In this document: in pieces, positions 39,789 through 47,807 of the stretch
Position numbering within the stretch: the stretch's first letter is position 1
How the letters are laid out: each line of letters begins with the position of its first letter
Assembly (NCBI GenBank): GCA_037137395.1
Contig: JBAXKK010000001.1
Location: 64,001 to 128,000 of the forward strand
Reading direction: 5' to 3'
From: Elusimicrobiota bacterium
GTDB taxonomy: Bacteria; Elusimicrobiota; Elusimicrobia; Elusimicrobiales; UBA9959
Length of the DNA stretch: 64,000 nt
The notes under the pieces: model-generated
Database searches by the model: none
The model's input: the letters and a program-made list of their open reading frames with translations, nothing else
What the model was told of the DNA's origin: nothing
Program-made: the position numbers and the translations under genes

Positions 39789-41213
39789 TTACTGAATGAC
39801 CACGGCACGCCGCTGATATCCCGAGGCGGATGTTATCTTTACATTCACAAAGTCGCCGGCCTTAAGCGAGGGAGGTGATTCCACGCTGCCATAGGCCATA
39901 GGCTTTAGGCTATAAGCTTTTTGGTTTTTTCTGTTTATGGCGTATGGCGTATGGCGTATGGCGCTGTTTTTAAATCTTAAATCTTCAATCTTGAATCTTG
40001 AATCTTGAATTATCTCTATCCTCCCGTCTATCTCCGGCGCGTCGCGGCCGGTGCGGCCAAAAGCGGAAGAATCCATCAGGACTTTTACGGTTTTGCCGAT
40101 GAGGTTCGCGTTCTTTTTATCTACTACACGGCTTTGGACGCGTATAAGGGCGTTCATCCGCGCGAGCTTAACCTTTTCCGGTATCTGCCCCGGCAGGCTT
40201 GCAGCCGGAGTCCCCGGCTCGCGCGAATAGGCGAAAACGCCCACATTGTCTAAACCGGCTTCAGCGACGAATGAACTCAACTTTTTGAAGTCATTTTCCG
40301 TTTCTCCGGGGAAGCCCACGATAAAATTTGTCCGCAGGGCGATGTCCGGCACGATATTTCTTATTGAAGCTATTTTGGCCCTTATTGATTTTTCGGTGGA
40401 GCGGCGGTTCATTTTTTTTAGCACATTATCCGAGATATGCTGAAGCGGCATATCCAGGTAGCGGCAAATCTTGCTCTCGTCGCGCATCAGCTTTAGTATT
40501 TTCAAAGGCAGCTTTTCGGGATAGACATACATAAGCCGCAGCCAGTTCAGGCCGTCCAACTTTACCAGTTCTTTTAAGAGCTCATAAAGTTTTGCCCGAC
40601 CGTAGAGGTCCATGCCGTATGAAGTTGTGTCCTGAGCTATGAGGGATATTTCCCGCGCGCCGGAGGCTATCAGGGTTTTGGCTTCCGTCACGACTTCTTT
40701 CAGCGGTTTGGATCTGAAGCGCCCGCGTATCATCGGGATAGCGCAGTAGGCGCAGCGGTTGTCACAGCCGTCGGCGATCTTCAGGTACGCGGTATGGGGG
40801 GCGGTGAGGCGGGCCTTAAGTTTGGGCGCGGCCAGCGGCGCCGTGGCGGGCAGGATATAATTAGTTTTGCCGGTCAGGGCTGAATTTATGCGCTCAAGCG
40901 CGTTTATGCCCACCACCGCGTCTATCTGCGGGAATTTCTCCAGTAGCAGGCGCTTCTCGCGCTCCACCAGGCAACCAGTGACGGCTATTTTGGATATTTT
41001 GCCGCGCTCCTTGAGAGATATAAAGCGCCTGATTTCCGCTTCAGACTCTTTTACGGCGGAACTGAGGAAAGCGCAGGTGTTTATCAGAGCTATGTCGGCC
41101 TGTGTCTCGTCCGCGGTCAGCTCAAAACCCGCCGCCGCAAGCTGACCGGCCATAACTTCCGCGTCGGTCAGGTTTTTGGGGCAGCCCAGGGAGATGATAA
41201 ATACTTTAGGCAT
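39789..41213 (-). CDS. rimO: Ribosomal protein S12 methylthiotransferase, with an in-frame repeat insertion in the TRAM domain
   Basis: SLGCPKN, INTCAF, AYLKIADGCDNRCAYC, IAQDTT.YG and APEIDG. Confidence 0.95.
   Translation of the reverse strand: MPKVFIISLGCPKNLTDAEVMAGQLAAAGFELTADETQADIALINTCAFLSSAVKESEAEIRRFISLKERGKISKIAVTGCLVEREKRLLLEKFPQIDAVVGINALERINSALTGKTNYILPATAPLAAPKLKARLTAPHTAYLKIADGCDNRCAYCAIPMIRGRFRSKPLKEVVTEAKTLIASGAREISLIAQDTTSYGMDLYGRAKLYELLKELVKLDGLNWLRLMYVYPEKLPLKILKLMRDESKICRYLDMPLQHISDNVLKKMNRRSTEKSIRAKIASIRNIVPDIALRTNFIVGFPGETENDFKKLSSFVAEAGLDNVGVFAYSREPGTPAASLPGQIPEKVKLARMNALIRVQSRVVDKKNANLIGKTVKVLMDSSAFGRTGRDAPEIDGRIEIIQDSRFKIEDLRFKNSAIRHTPYAINRKNQKAYSLKPMAYGSVESPPSLKAGDFVNVKITSASGYQRRAVVIQ
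39888..40010. repeat. Heptamer-repeat element inside the rimO coding sequence
   Basis: GCCATAG GCCATAG GCTTTAG GCTATAA ... TTATGGC (GTATGGC)x3 ... (AATCTTN)x5. Confidence 0.85.
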
Positions 41214-41219
41214 AAATAT

Positions 41220-41315
41220 AGGGTACAGGGTACGGGGTACAGGGTACGGGGTACAAGGTCAGGAGTTATTCCTTAAACTTTACCCTAACCCCTAAGCCCT
41301 CTACCCTATGCCCTG
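41220..41315. repeat. Inverted heptamer-repeat element (RGGGTAC / TACCCT)
   Basis: AGGGTAC AGGGTAC GGGGTAC AGGGTAC GGGGTAC ... TACCCT AACCCCT AAGCCCT CTACCCT ATGCCCT. Confidence 0.85.
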
Positions 41316-41320
41316 CTGTT

Positions 41321-42247
41321 TTAGTGTCTTTCTACCCGTTTGATGATCCAGTAGGTTATCAGGCCGATAATTGCCATTATCCCCACAAAAGCCAGAAAAG
41401 CCAGTCGGGGGTTTGATATCCCGGTAACCGTGCAGAGCTCGGACATTCCGCCGACCCCGGCGAAGAAGCTTGGCACCGCCACCGCGATGACGACGGCGTT
41501 AAGGTTCTTCATCATCACATTGAGGTTGTTGCTGACGATGGAAGCTCTGGCGTCCATCAGGCCTGCCAGGATGTTGGAGTAGATCTCGGCCTGGCGCGCG
41601 CACTGGTTATTTTCGATTATTATATCGTCCAGAAATTCCGCGCTGCGCTGCGAAAACCCTATTTTCTCGCTGTTGTGTTTCAGGCGGTCAATGGCGTATG
41701 TGTTGGAGTTTGTCGCGTTCAGATAGTAAACCAGACTTTTCTCCAGCGTGAAAAGGTTCAGGAGATGCTTGTTTTCCATGGAGGAATTAATCTTGTGCTC
41801 TATCTCATCGGCTATCATATTGATAACCTTTAAATGTTCCATGAAGTGGAAGATGGAATTATAGATAAGCTTAAGAAAGATCTCCTTTATCCCGGTGACA
41901 TTCTTAAAGTACTTGCCGGCGAACAGGTTCAGATCTTCCGAGATGGCTATTATCAGCTTATCCTTGAACAGGAATAGGCCCATGGACGAGACTTTGAACA
42001 GGAACTGGTCCTTGGAGGAATAGTTCTTGGGGCGCTTAAATATTATTTCCAGATGGTCCGGCTCAAACTCCATCCGGGCCGGCTCTTCAGGGTCAAAGGC
42101 CGAGGCGAGGTTATGATCGTCAAGGTTGAAGTTGCTGACTACCCATTTTTTTTCGTCCTCGGTGGGGTCTATAAGCAGCCAGACCAGCGGCGTTTCCGCC
42201 TCGGTCTGCACCAGCTGATTGTTTTCCAACACATATCGTTTTATCAT
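41321..42247 (-). CDS. corA: CorA-family Mg2+ transporter
   Basis: DPEEPARME, LEKSLVYY, SIVSNNLNVMMK and two C-terminal TM segments; the signature is GMS rather than GMN. Confidence 0.85.
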   Translation of the reverse strand: MIKRYVLENNQLVQTEAETPLVWLLIDPTEDEKKWVVSNFNLDDHNLASAFDPEEPARMEFEPDHLEIIFKRPKNYSSKDQFLFKVSSMGLFLFKDKLIIAISEDLNLFAGKYFKNVTGIKEIFLKLIYNSIFHFMEHLKVINMIADEIEHKINSSMENKHLLNLFTLEKSLVYYLNATNSNTYAIDRLKHNSEKIGFSQRSAEFLDDIIIENNQCARQAEIYSNILAGLMDARASIVSNNLNVMMKNLNAVVIAVAVPSFFAGVGGMSELCTVTGISNPRLAFLAFVGIMAIIGLITYWIIKRVERH

Positions 42248-42277
42248 ATTCCGGTTCCTGGTCTGGGGGTTTGAATG

Positions 42278-43180
42278 TTATTTTTTTCCGGCTTTAACCT
42301 TTGTTTTAAGCGCGACGGTCTCGCCCATCAGTGAGAGATTTTCAACCACGGTGACGCCTGCGGCCGCGAGAGCTTCAACTTTGGAAGCGTGAGTCCCGGA
42401 GGCTCCTTCCACGATGGCCCCGGCGTGTCCCATTCGGCGGCCGGGAGGGGCGGTCTTGCCTGCCACGAAGGAGAAGACCGGTTTGGTCATATGGGCTTTT
42501 ATATAGCGGGCCGCGTCTTCCTCAGCTGAGCCGCCTATCTCGCCGATCATCACTACGGCGTGAGTGTCATTGTCGGCCTCGAACATTTTGAGAACATCCA
42601 CGAAGTTTACGCCCTGCACAGGGTCGCCGCCTATGCCGACCACGGTGGATTGGCCGAGGCCCTGGCTGGTCAGCTGCCAGACCGCCTCATAGGTAAGCGT
42701 GCCGGACCGCGAGACGATGCCGACATTGCCCTTTTTGTGGATATAGCCGGGCATGATGCCGGCCTTGCATTCGCCGGGAGTTATAACTCCGGGGCAGTTG
42801 GGCCCGATCAGCGTGACGCCGCGTCCTTCCAGCTCCAGGCGGAGAAGATGCCGCTTGACCCGCACCATATCCAGCACGGGGATGCCCTCGGTGATGGCGA
42901 TGACCACCTTTATGCCGGCCTCGGCGGCTTCAAGGATTGAGTCGGCCGCGAAAGGCGGCGGCACGAAAATTAAAGAGGCGTCGGCCCCGGTCTCCCTGAC
43001 CGCGTCCCTGGCGGTGTCGAATATGGGCGTGTCCAGATGTTTCGTTCCGCCTTTTCCGGGAGTCACCCCTGCCACTATATTTGAGCCGTACTCTATGCAC
43101 TGCTGGGCGTGAAAAGAACCCTGCGCCCCAGTCATGCCGTGAACCACCAGCCTGGATTTTTTATTTAAAAGTATGGACAT
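42278..43180 (-). CDS. sucD: Succinyl-CoA ligase alpha subunit
   Basis: [24 protein letters not shown] and RMGHAGA. Confidence 0.97.
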   Translation of the reverse strand: MSILLNKKSRLVVHGMTGAQGSFHAQQCIEYGSNIVAGVTPGKGGTKHLDTPIFDTARDAVRETGADASLIFVPPPFAADSILEAAEAGIKVVIAITEGIPVLDMVRVKRHLLRLELEGRGVTLIGPNCPGVITPGECKAGIMPGYIHKKGNVGIVSRSGTLTYEAVWQLTSQGLGQSTVVGIGGDPVQGVNFVDVLKMFEADNDTHAVVMIGEIGGSAEEDAARYIKAHMTKPVFSFVAGKTAPPGRRMGHAGAIVEGASGTHASKVEALAAAGVTVVENLSLMGETVALKTKVKAGKK

Positions 43181-43200
43181 GGTCTGTCTCCTTGTAAAAA

Positions 43201-43306
43201 AGGGTATAGGGGTTAAGGTTTCCGCCGGTTGTTTGGCGGGCAGGGTTTAGGGTAAGGAAATTATTACTTCTTCACCCTATACCCTCTACCCTGCACCCTG
43301 TCCCCT
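43201..43306. repeat. Inverted heptamer-repeat element (AGGGTNT / NCACCCT)
   Basis: AGGGTAT AGGGGTT AAGGTTT ... TCACCCT ATACCCT CTACCCT GCACCCT GTCCCCT, between sucC and sucD. Confidence 0.8.
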
Positions 43307-43307
43307 G

Positions 43308-44465
43308 TCACTTGGCCGCTTTCACCGCTTTCTGGGCGGCTTCCCACAGGGAATCGGCCTGCTCTATCTTTATCCCGGAATCTTCTAAAATCTTTTTGCC
43401 TTCCTCAACATTGGTCCCTTCAAGGCGTACGATCAGCGGCACGTTCAGCTTTACTTTTTTAGTAGCTTCCACTATTCCCAGGGCGATGTTATCGCACTTC
43501 ATAATGCCGCCGAAGATATTTACCAGGACGGCGCGAACCTTCGCGTCCTTCAGAATTATCTGGAAGGCTTTGGTAATCTGTTCAACATTCGCTCCGCCGC
43601 CTACATCCAGGAAGTTGGCCGCGGACCCGCCGGCGAGCTTCACCGTGTCCAGCGTAGCCATGGCGAGGCCGGCTCCGTTCACCATGCAGCCTATGGATCC
43701 GTCCAGTCCGATGTAATTGATGCCGATAGCTTTGGCTTCCCGCTCTATTTCGGAAGCTTCGTGGTCGGCTTTGGCTTCCAGATCTTTATGTCGGAAAAGG
43801 GCGTTATCGTCCGTGACTATCTTAGCGTCAACGGCTATCAGCTTTCCGTCTTTGGTGATCGCCAGCGGATTAATTTCCACAAGGCTGGCATCGTAATCCA
43901 CAAATAATTTGACGATGGCTTTGGCTACGGCAAGGAACTCGCGGAAATGTTCTTTGGGAATCTTCAGCCCGAAGGCCAGTTCCCTGGCCTGGAAGTCCAG
44001 CAGCCCCGTGTTGATATCAACGGGTAATTTTATGATAAATTCCGGTTTTGTGCGGGCCAGGTCCTCTATGGACATGCCGCCTTCCGCTGAGGCTATTATC
44101 ATCGGCGTAGCCGTTTTGCGGTCAAGGACTACGGATATGTATATCTCGCGCTCTGGCGCGCAGGCGGCTTCCACCAGCACTTCCTCAACCGTGAGAGCTT
44201 GGCCCTGAGTTTGGTGGGTGATTATTTTCATGCCCAGCATGTTTTGTATATAGGTATGCGCTTCTTCTTTTGTGGCGGCTATTTTAACTCCGCCGGCCTT
44301 GCCGCGACCGCCTGTCAAGACCTGGGCCTTAACGACCCAGGGCCCCGTGCCGTCCAGCTTAACTTTATCCGCGCTGTCGCCTATCCTGACCACGCCGAAT
44401 CTGGCCTGTATCGGTATCTTATAAGCTTCAAATATATCCTTGCCCTCGTATTCAAGAAGTTTCAT
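43308..44465 (-). CDS. sucC: Succinyl-CoA ligase beta subunit
   Basis: KAQVLTGGRGKAGGV, EINPL, NGAGLAM, NFLDVGGGA and NIFGGI. Confidence 0.97.
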   Translation of the reverse strand: MKLLEYEGKDIFEAYKIPIQARFGVVRIGDSADKVKLDGTGPWVVKAQVLTGGRGKAGGVKIAATKEEAHTYIQNMLGMKIITHQTQGQALTVEEVLVEAACAPEREIYISVVLDRKTATPMIIASAEGGMSIEDLARTKPEFIIKLPVDINTGLLDFQARELAFGLKIPKEHFREFLAVAKAIVKLFVDYDASLVEINPLAITKDGKLIAVDAKIVTDDNALFRHKDLEAKADHEASEIEREAKAIGINYIGLDGSIGCMVNGAGLAMATLDTVKLAGGSAANFLDVGGGANVEQITKAFQIILKDAKVRAVLVNIFGGIMKCDNIALGIVEATKKVKLNVPLIVRLEGTNVEEGKKILEDSGIKIEQADSLWEAAQKAVKAAK

Positions 44466-44512
44466 AATATATTTTGTAGTATAATTTGAACAGGTAAGTC
44501 CAGTCCATAATC

Positions 44513-44599
44513 AGTAGCGCTTAGTAAACAGCGGCCAGTAGTTGGTAGCCGGTAGTAATTTTTTCCCGCTGATCACTATTCACTAAACACTATCCACTG
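44513..44599. repeat. Degenerate inverted heptamer-repeat element (AGTRG / CACT type)
   Basis: Right arm GATCACT ATTCACT AAACACT ATCCACT; degenerate left arm. Confidence 0.65.
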
Positions 44600-44620
44600 C
44601 CATTTAAGAGAGGCCCCCGG

Positions 44621-46471
44621 ATGATGAAATCCTCCAAGAATATAAAGGTCAGCGAGCTGGACTCGGTAACCATACGCTTCGCGGGTGATTCCGGCGACGG
44701 GATACAGCTGGTCGGAAGCCAGTTTGCCAACGCCACGGCCATTTCTGGCAATGATCTGAGCACCCTGCCGGACTACCCGGCCGAGATCCGCGCCCCGGCA
44801 GGATCGCTGGGCGGGGTAAGCGGTTTTCAGATAAGCTTCGGTGACGAATCCGTTCTGACTCCGGGCAATAAGCCGAATGTGCTTATAGTGATGAATCCCG
44901 CGGCTCTGGCTGTTAATATAAGGAATATAGATAAGGGCTCGGTAATTATTACCAACTCGGACGCTTTCACGCCCGCCGCGTTGGAGAAAGCCGGGTATGC
45001 GGCCAATCCGCTGGAAGACGACACTCTTTCAAATTACCGCGTCATTGCCATCCCCGTCACCGCCCTGACCGAAAGCGCGCTTAAAGACTCTAAGCTCGCA
45101 AAATCACAGATCGCGAAATGTAAAAATTTTTACATGCTGGGCATCATGTACTGGATGTACGGGCTGCCGCTCGCGCCGACAGTCAACTGGATAAAGACCA
45201 AATTCAAAAAGACCCCCGAGCTGGCCGAGGCCAATATAAATGTGCTGACGGCCGGCCGCAACTACGCGGACGCCACCGAGATCTTTGACGCGCGCTTCCA
45301 GATAAAGAAGAGCCCCGTGACTCCGGGCAAATACCGCAACCTGACCGGCAACGAGGCCGCGGCCTACGCCCTTATCACGGCGGCGAAACTGCTGAAGCGC
45401 AAACTTTTCTACGGCTCTTATCCTATAACTCCGGCTTCCGAGATACTTCACACTCTGGCCAAGCATAAGGCAAACGATGTCGTTGTTTACCAGGCCGAAG
45501 ACGAGATAGCCGCGGCCTGCGCCTCCATCGGCGCGTCCTTCGCCGGCTGCATGGCGGCCACCGGCACCAGCGGTCCCGGCCTCTCGCTTAAGATCGAAGC
45601 GCTCGGCCTTGCCGTGATCGCTGAGCTGCCGCTGGTAGTTGTTAATGTTCAGCGCGGCGGGCCGTCCACCGGCCTGCCCACCAAGACCGAGCAGTCGGAT
45701 CTGCTGCAGGCCGTCTACGGCCGCCATGGCGAGTCGCCTCTGGTGGTCATGGCCGCCTCAAGTCCGGCCGATTGTTTCACCACTACGCTGGAGGCCGCGC
45801 GCATAGCCGTAAAATACATGACGCCGGTGATAGTTCTTTCCAATTCCTATCTGTCTAACGGCTCCGAGCCGTTCAGGATCCCGAAGCTCGGCGAGCTGCC
45901 GAAGTTTGAGCTGCCGCCCATGCCGCGCTCCGAAGACTTTAAGCCGTATATGCGTGACAGCGACACTCTTGGACGTCCCTGGGCCAGCCCCGGCATGAAA
46001 GGCTATGAACACCGCACCGGCGGTCTGGAGAAGGCGGAAAATTCAGGCGCCATAAGCTACGACGCCGAGAATCATGAGAAGATGACGAAGATCCGCGACG
46101 AGAAAGTTGCCCGCGTGGTCAGGGAGATACCGCCGACAAAAATATACGGCGCAGCGGAAGGTGAACTGCTGGTGGTCGGCTGGGGTTCCACTTTCGGCGC
46201 CATAACACAAGCCGTAAGCGAGGCCCGCAAGACAGGACTTAACGTCTCGGCCATACATATCAAATTCGTTAATCCGCTCCCGGCGGACCTTGGCACCATC
46301 ATGCGGCGCTTCCGCAAGGTGCTTGTGCCTGAGGAGAACACGGGACAGTTTAGGATGATGCTGCGCTCGGCTTACGCTCTTGAGCCTATAGGCTTAAACA
46401 AGGTGCAGGGCCAGCCGCTGAACGCCGAAGAAGTTCTGGGCAAGATAAAAGAAATCCTGAGGGGAAATTAA
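44621..46471 (+). CDS. korA: 2-oxoacid:ferredoxin oxidoreductase alpha subunit
   Basis: FAGDSGDGIQL, YPITPAS, QAEDEIAA, TSGPG and QRGGPSTGLPT. Confidence 0.93.
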   Translation: MMKSSKNIKVSELDSVTIRFAGDSGDGIQLVGSQFANATAISGNDLSTLPDYPAEIRAPAGSLGGVSGFQISFGDESVLTPGNKPNVLIVMNPAALAVNIRNIDKGSVIITNSDAFTPAALEKAGYAANPLEDDTLSNYRVIAIPVTALTESALKDSKLAKSQIAKCKNFYMLGIMYWMYGLPLAPTVNWIKTKFKKTPELAEANINVLTAGRNYADATEIFDARFQIKKSPVTPGKYRNLTGNEAAAYALITAAKLLKRKLFYGSYPITPASEILHTLAKHKANDVVVYQAEDEIAAACASIGASFAGCMAATGTSGPGLSLKIEALGLAVIAELPLVVVNVQRGGPSTGLPTKTEQSDLLQAVYGRHGESPLVVMAASSPADCFTTTLEAARIAVKYMTPVIVLSNSYLSNGSEPFRIPKLGELPKFELPPMPRSEDFKPYMRDSDTLGRPWASPGMKGYEHRTGGLEKAENSGAISYDAENHEKMTKIRDEKVARVVREIPPTKIYGAAEGELLVVGWGSTFGAITQAVSEARKTGLNVSAIHIKFVNPLPADLGTIMRRFRKVLVPEENTGQFRMMLRSAYALEPIGLNKVQGQPLNAEEVLGKIKEILRGN

Positions 46472-46474
46472 AAA

Positions 46475-47476
46475 ATGGAAAACGCTAAACTTACCGCTAA
46501 AGATTTTGCCTCCACCCTCCCGGTCAAGTGGTGCCCCGGCTGCGGCGACTTTGCCATACTAAACCAGCTGCAGAAGGTTATGGCCGGCATGGGGTTACCG
46601 CACGAAAAATACGTGGTGGTCTCCGGCATCGGCTGCTCCAGCCGCTTTCCGTATTATGTAAACACCTACGGTTTCCATTCCATCCATGGCCGGGCCTGCG
46701 CTATCGCCACTGGCGTAAAGCTTTCTAACCCGGAGCTGGCCGTATGGGTTATCACCGGCGACGGGGACGGCCTCTCTATCGGCGGCAACCACACCATGCA
46801 TTCCATCCGCCGCAACATCGGCCTGAAGATAGTGCTGTTTAATAACCGCATCTACGCGCTGACCAAGGGCCAGGCCAGCCCCACCACGCAATTGGGCGCA
46901 AAGACCAAGTCTTCGCCCATGGGTACGATAGACTTTCCGTTTAATCCGGCGCGGTTCGCCATCGGCCTGGACTGCACTTTTGTCGCGCGCGGCATCGATA
47001 CCGATATGGCCGGAACTACCGCCATACTGGAGAGGGCGGCCAAACATAAAGGCACTACGTTCGTGGAGATCCTGCAGAAATGCGTGCCGTTCACCGATAA
47101 AGAATTTGACGCCCTCAAGGATCCGGAAAATAAGGAGGATTCGATAATCAGGGTGGCGCACGGCAAACCGCTTGTCTTTGGAAAGAATAAAAATAAAGGC
47201 ATAGCGTTTAATAACTTCAGGCCCGAGATACTGGAGTTTAAAGCCGGTGACGTTCCGGGCGAGGTGGCTGTTTACGACGAGACCAACGCGGAGATGGCTT
47301 ATCTGATAAGCGGCTTTCAGGCTCCTGAATTTCCGATCCCGCTCGGCGTGTTCCGCGCGACGCAAAAGCCTTCGTATGAAGAACTTTATTACGACCAGGT
47401 GGCGGCGATAGGCGACACAAAAGATAATGAACTGGAGTCGCTGCTATCCGGCCCGGACGCGTGGGAAGTCAAATAA
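46475..47476 (+). CDS. korB: 2-oxoacid:ferredoxin oxidoreductase beta subunit
   Basis: WCPGCGD, SGIGCS, GDGD.LSIGGNH and NNRIYALTKGQ. Confidence 0.93.
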   Translation: MENAKLTAKDFASTLPVKWCPGCGDFAILNQLQKVMAGMGLPHEKYVVVSGIGCSSRFPYYVNTYGFHSIHGRACAIATGVKLSNPELAVWVITGDGDGLSIGGNHTMHSIRRNIGLKIVLFNNRIYALTKGQASPTTQLGAKTKSSPMGTIDFPFNPARFAIGLDCTFVARGIDTDMAGTTAILERAAKHKGTTFVEILQKCVPFTDKEFDALKDPENKEDSIIRVAHGKPLVFGKNKNKGIAFNNFRPEILEFKAGDVPGEVAVYDETNAEMAYLISGFQAPEFPIPLGVFRATQKPSYEELYYDQVAAIGDTKDNELESLLSGPDAWEVK

Positions 47477-47524
47477 ACGCGGCAGAGCGCACCAGAATAG
47501 CAAGACGGGAACGGGCGCAGCAAC

Positions 47525-47602
47525 TTTAAAAATAAAAAGAAGAAAAATAAATAAAATAAAAATAAAAAAACTATTGCATTTTTTTTATGCATGATGTAAA
47601 CT
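47525..47602 (+). promoter_or_regulatory. Strong sigma70-type promoter with an A-rich UP element
   Basis: About 45-nt A-tract, then TTGCAT (47574-47579), N17, TAAACT (47597-47602). Confidence 0.75.
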
Positions 47603-47636
47603 CAATAAGCAGCGTTAAATAGTAAAGGAGACAACA

Positions 47637-47720
47637 ATGGCAAAGAAAGCTAAAAAAGCGGTGAAGAAAGCCGTAAAGAAAGTCGCGAAGAAAGTCGCGA
47701 AGAAAGCGAAACGGAAATAA
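47637..47720 (+). CDS. 27-aa Lys/Ala/Val-rich basic peptide (histone H1-tail-like), not in the ORF track
   Basis: AAAGGAG RBS, 6-nt spacer, then MAKKAKKAVKKAVKKVAKKVAKKAKRK*; own promoter and terminator. Confidence 0.8.
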   Translation: MAKKAKKAVKKAVKKVAKKVAKKAKRK

Positions 47721-47745
47721 TTCGTCCGCTTGTAGTTCGTGAGCG

Positions 47746-47780
47746 AAGGCCCTTTAGTTCAAAGGGCCTTTTCTTTTTCT
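47746..47780 (+). terminator. Intrinsic terminator
   Basis: AAGGCCCTTT-AGTTC-AAAGGGCCTT followed by TTCTTTTT. Confidence 0.85.
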
Positions 47781-47807
47781 CCTGGGGGAATGTTGATGTG
47801 GGGTTGT

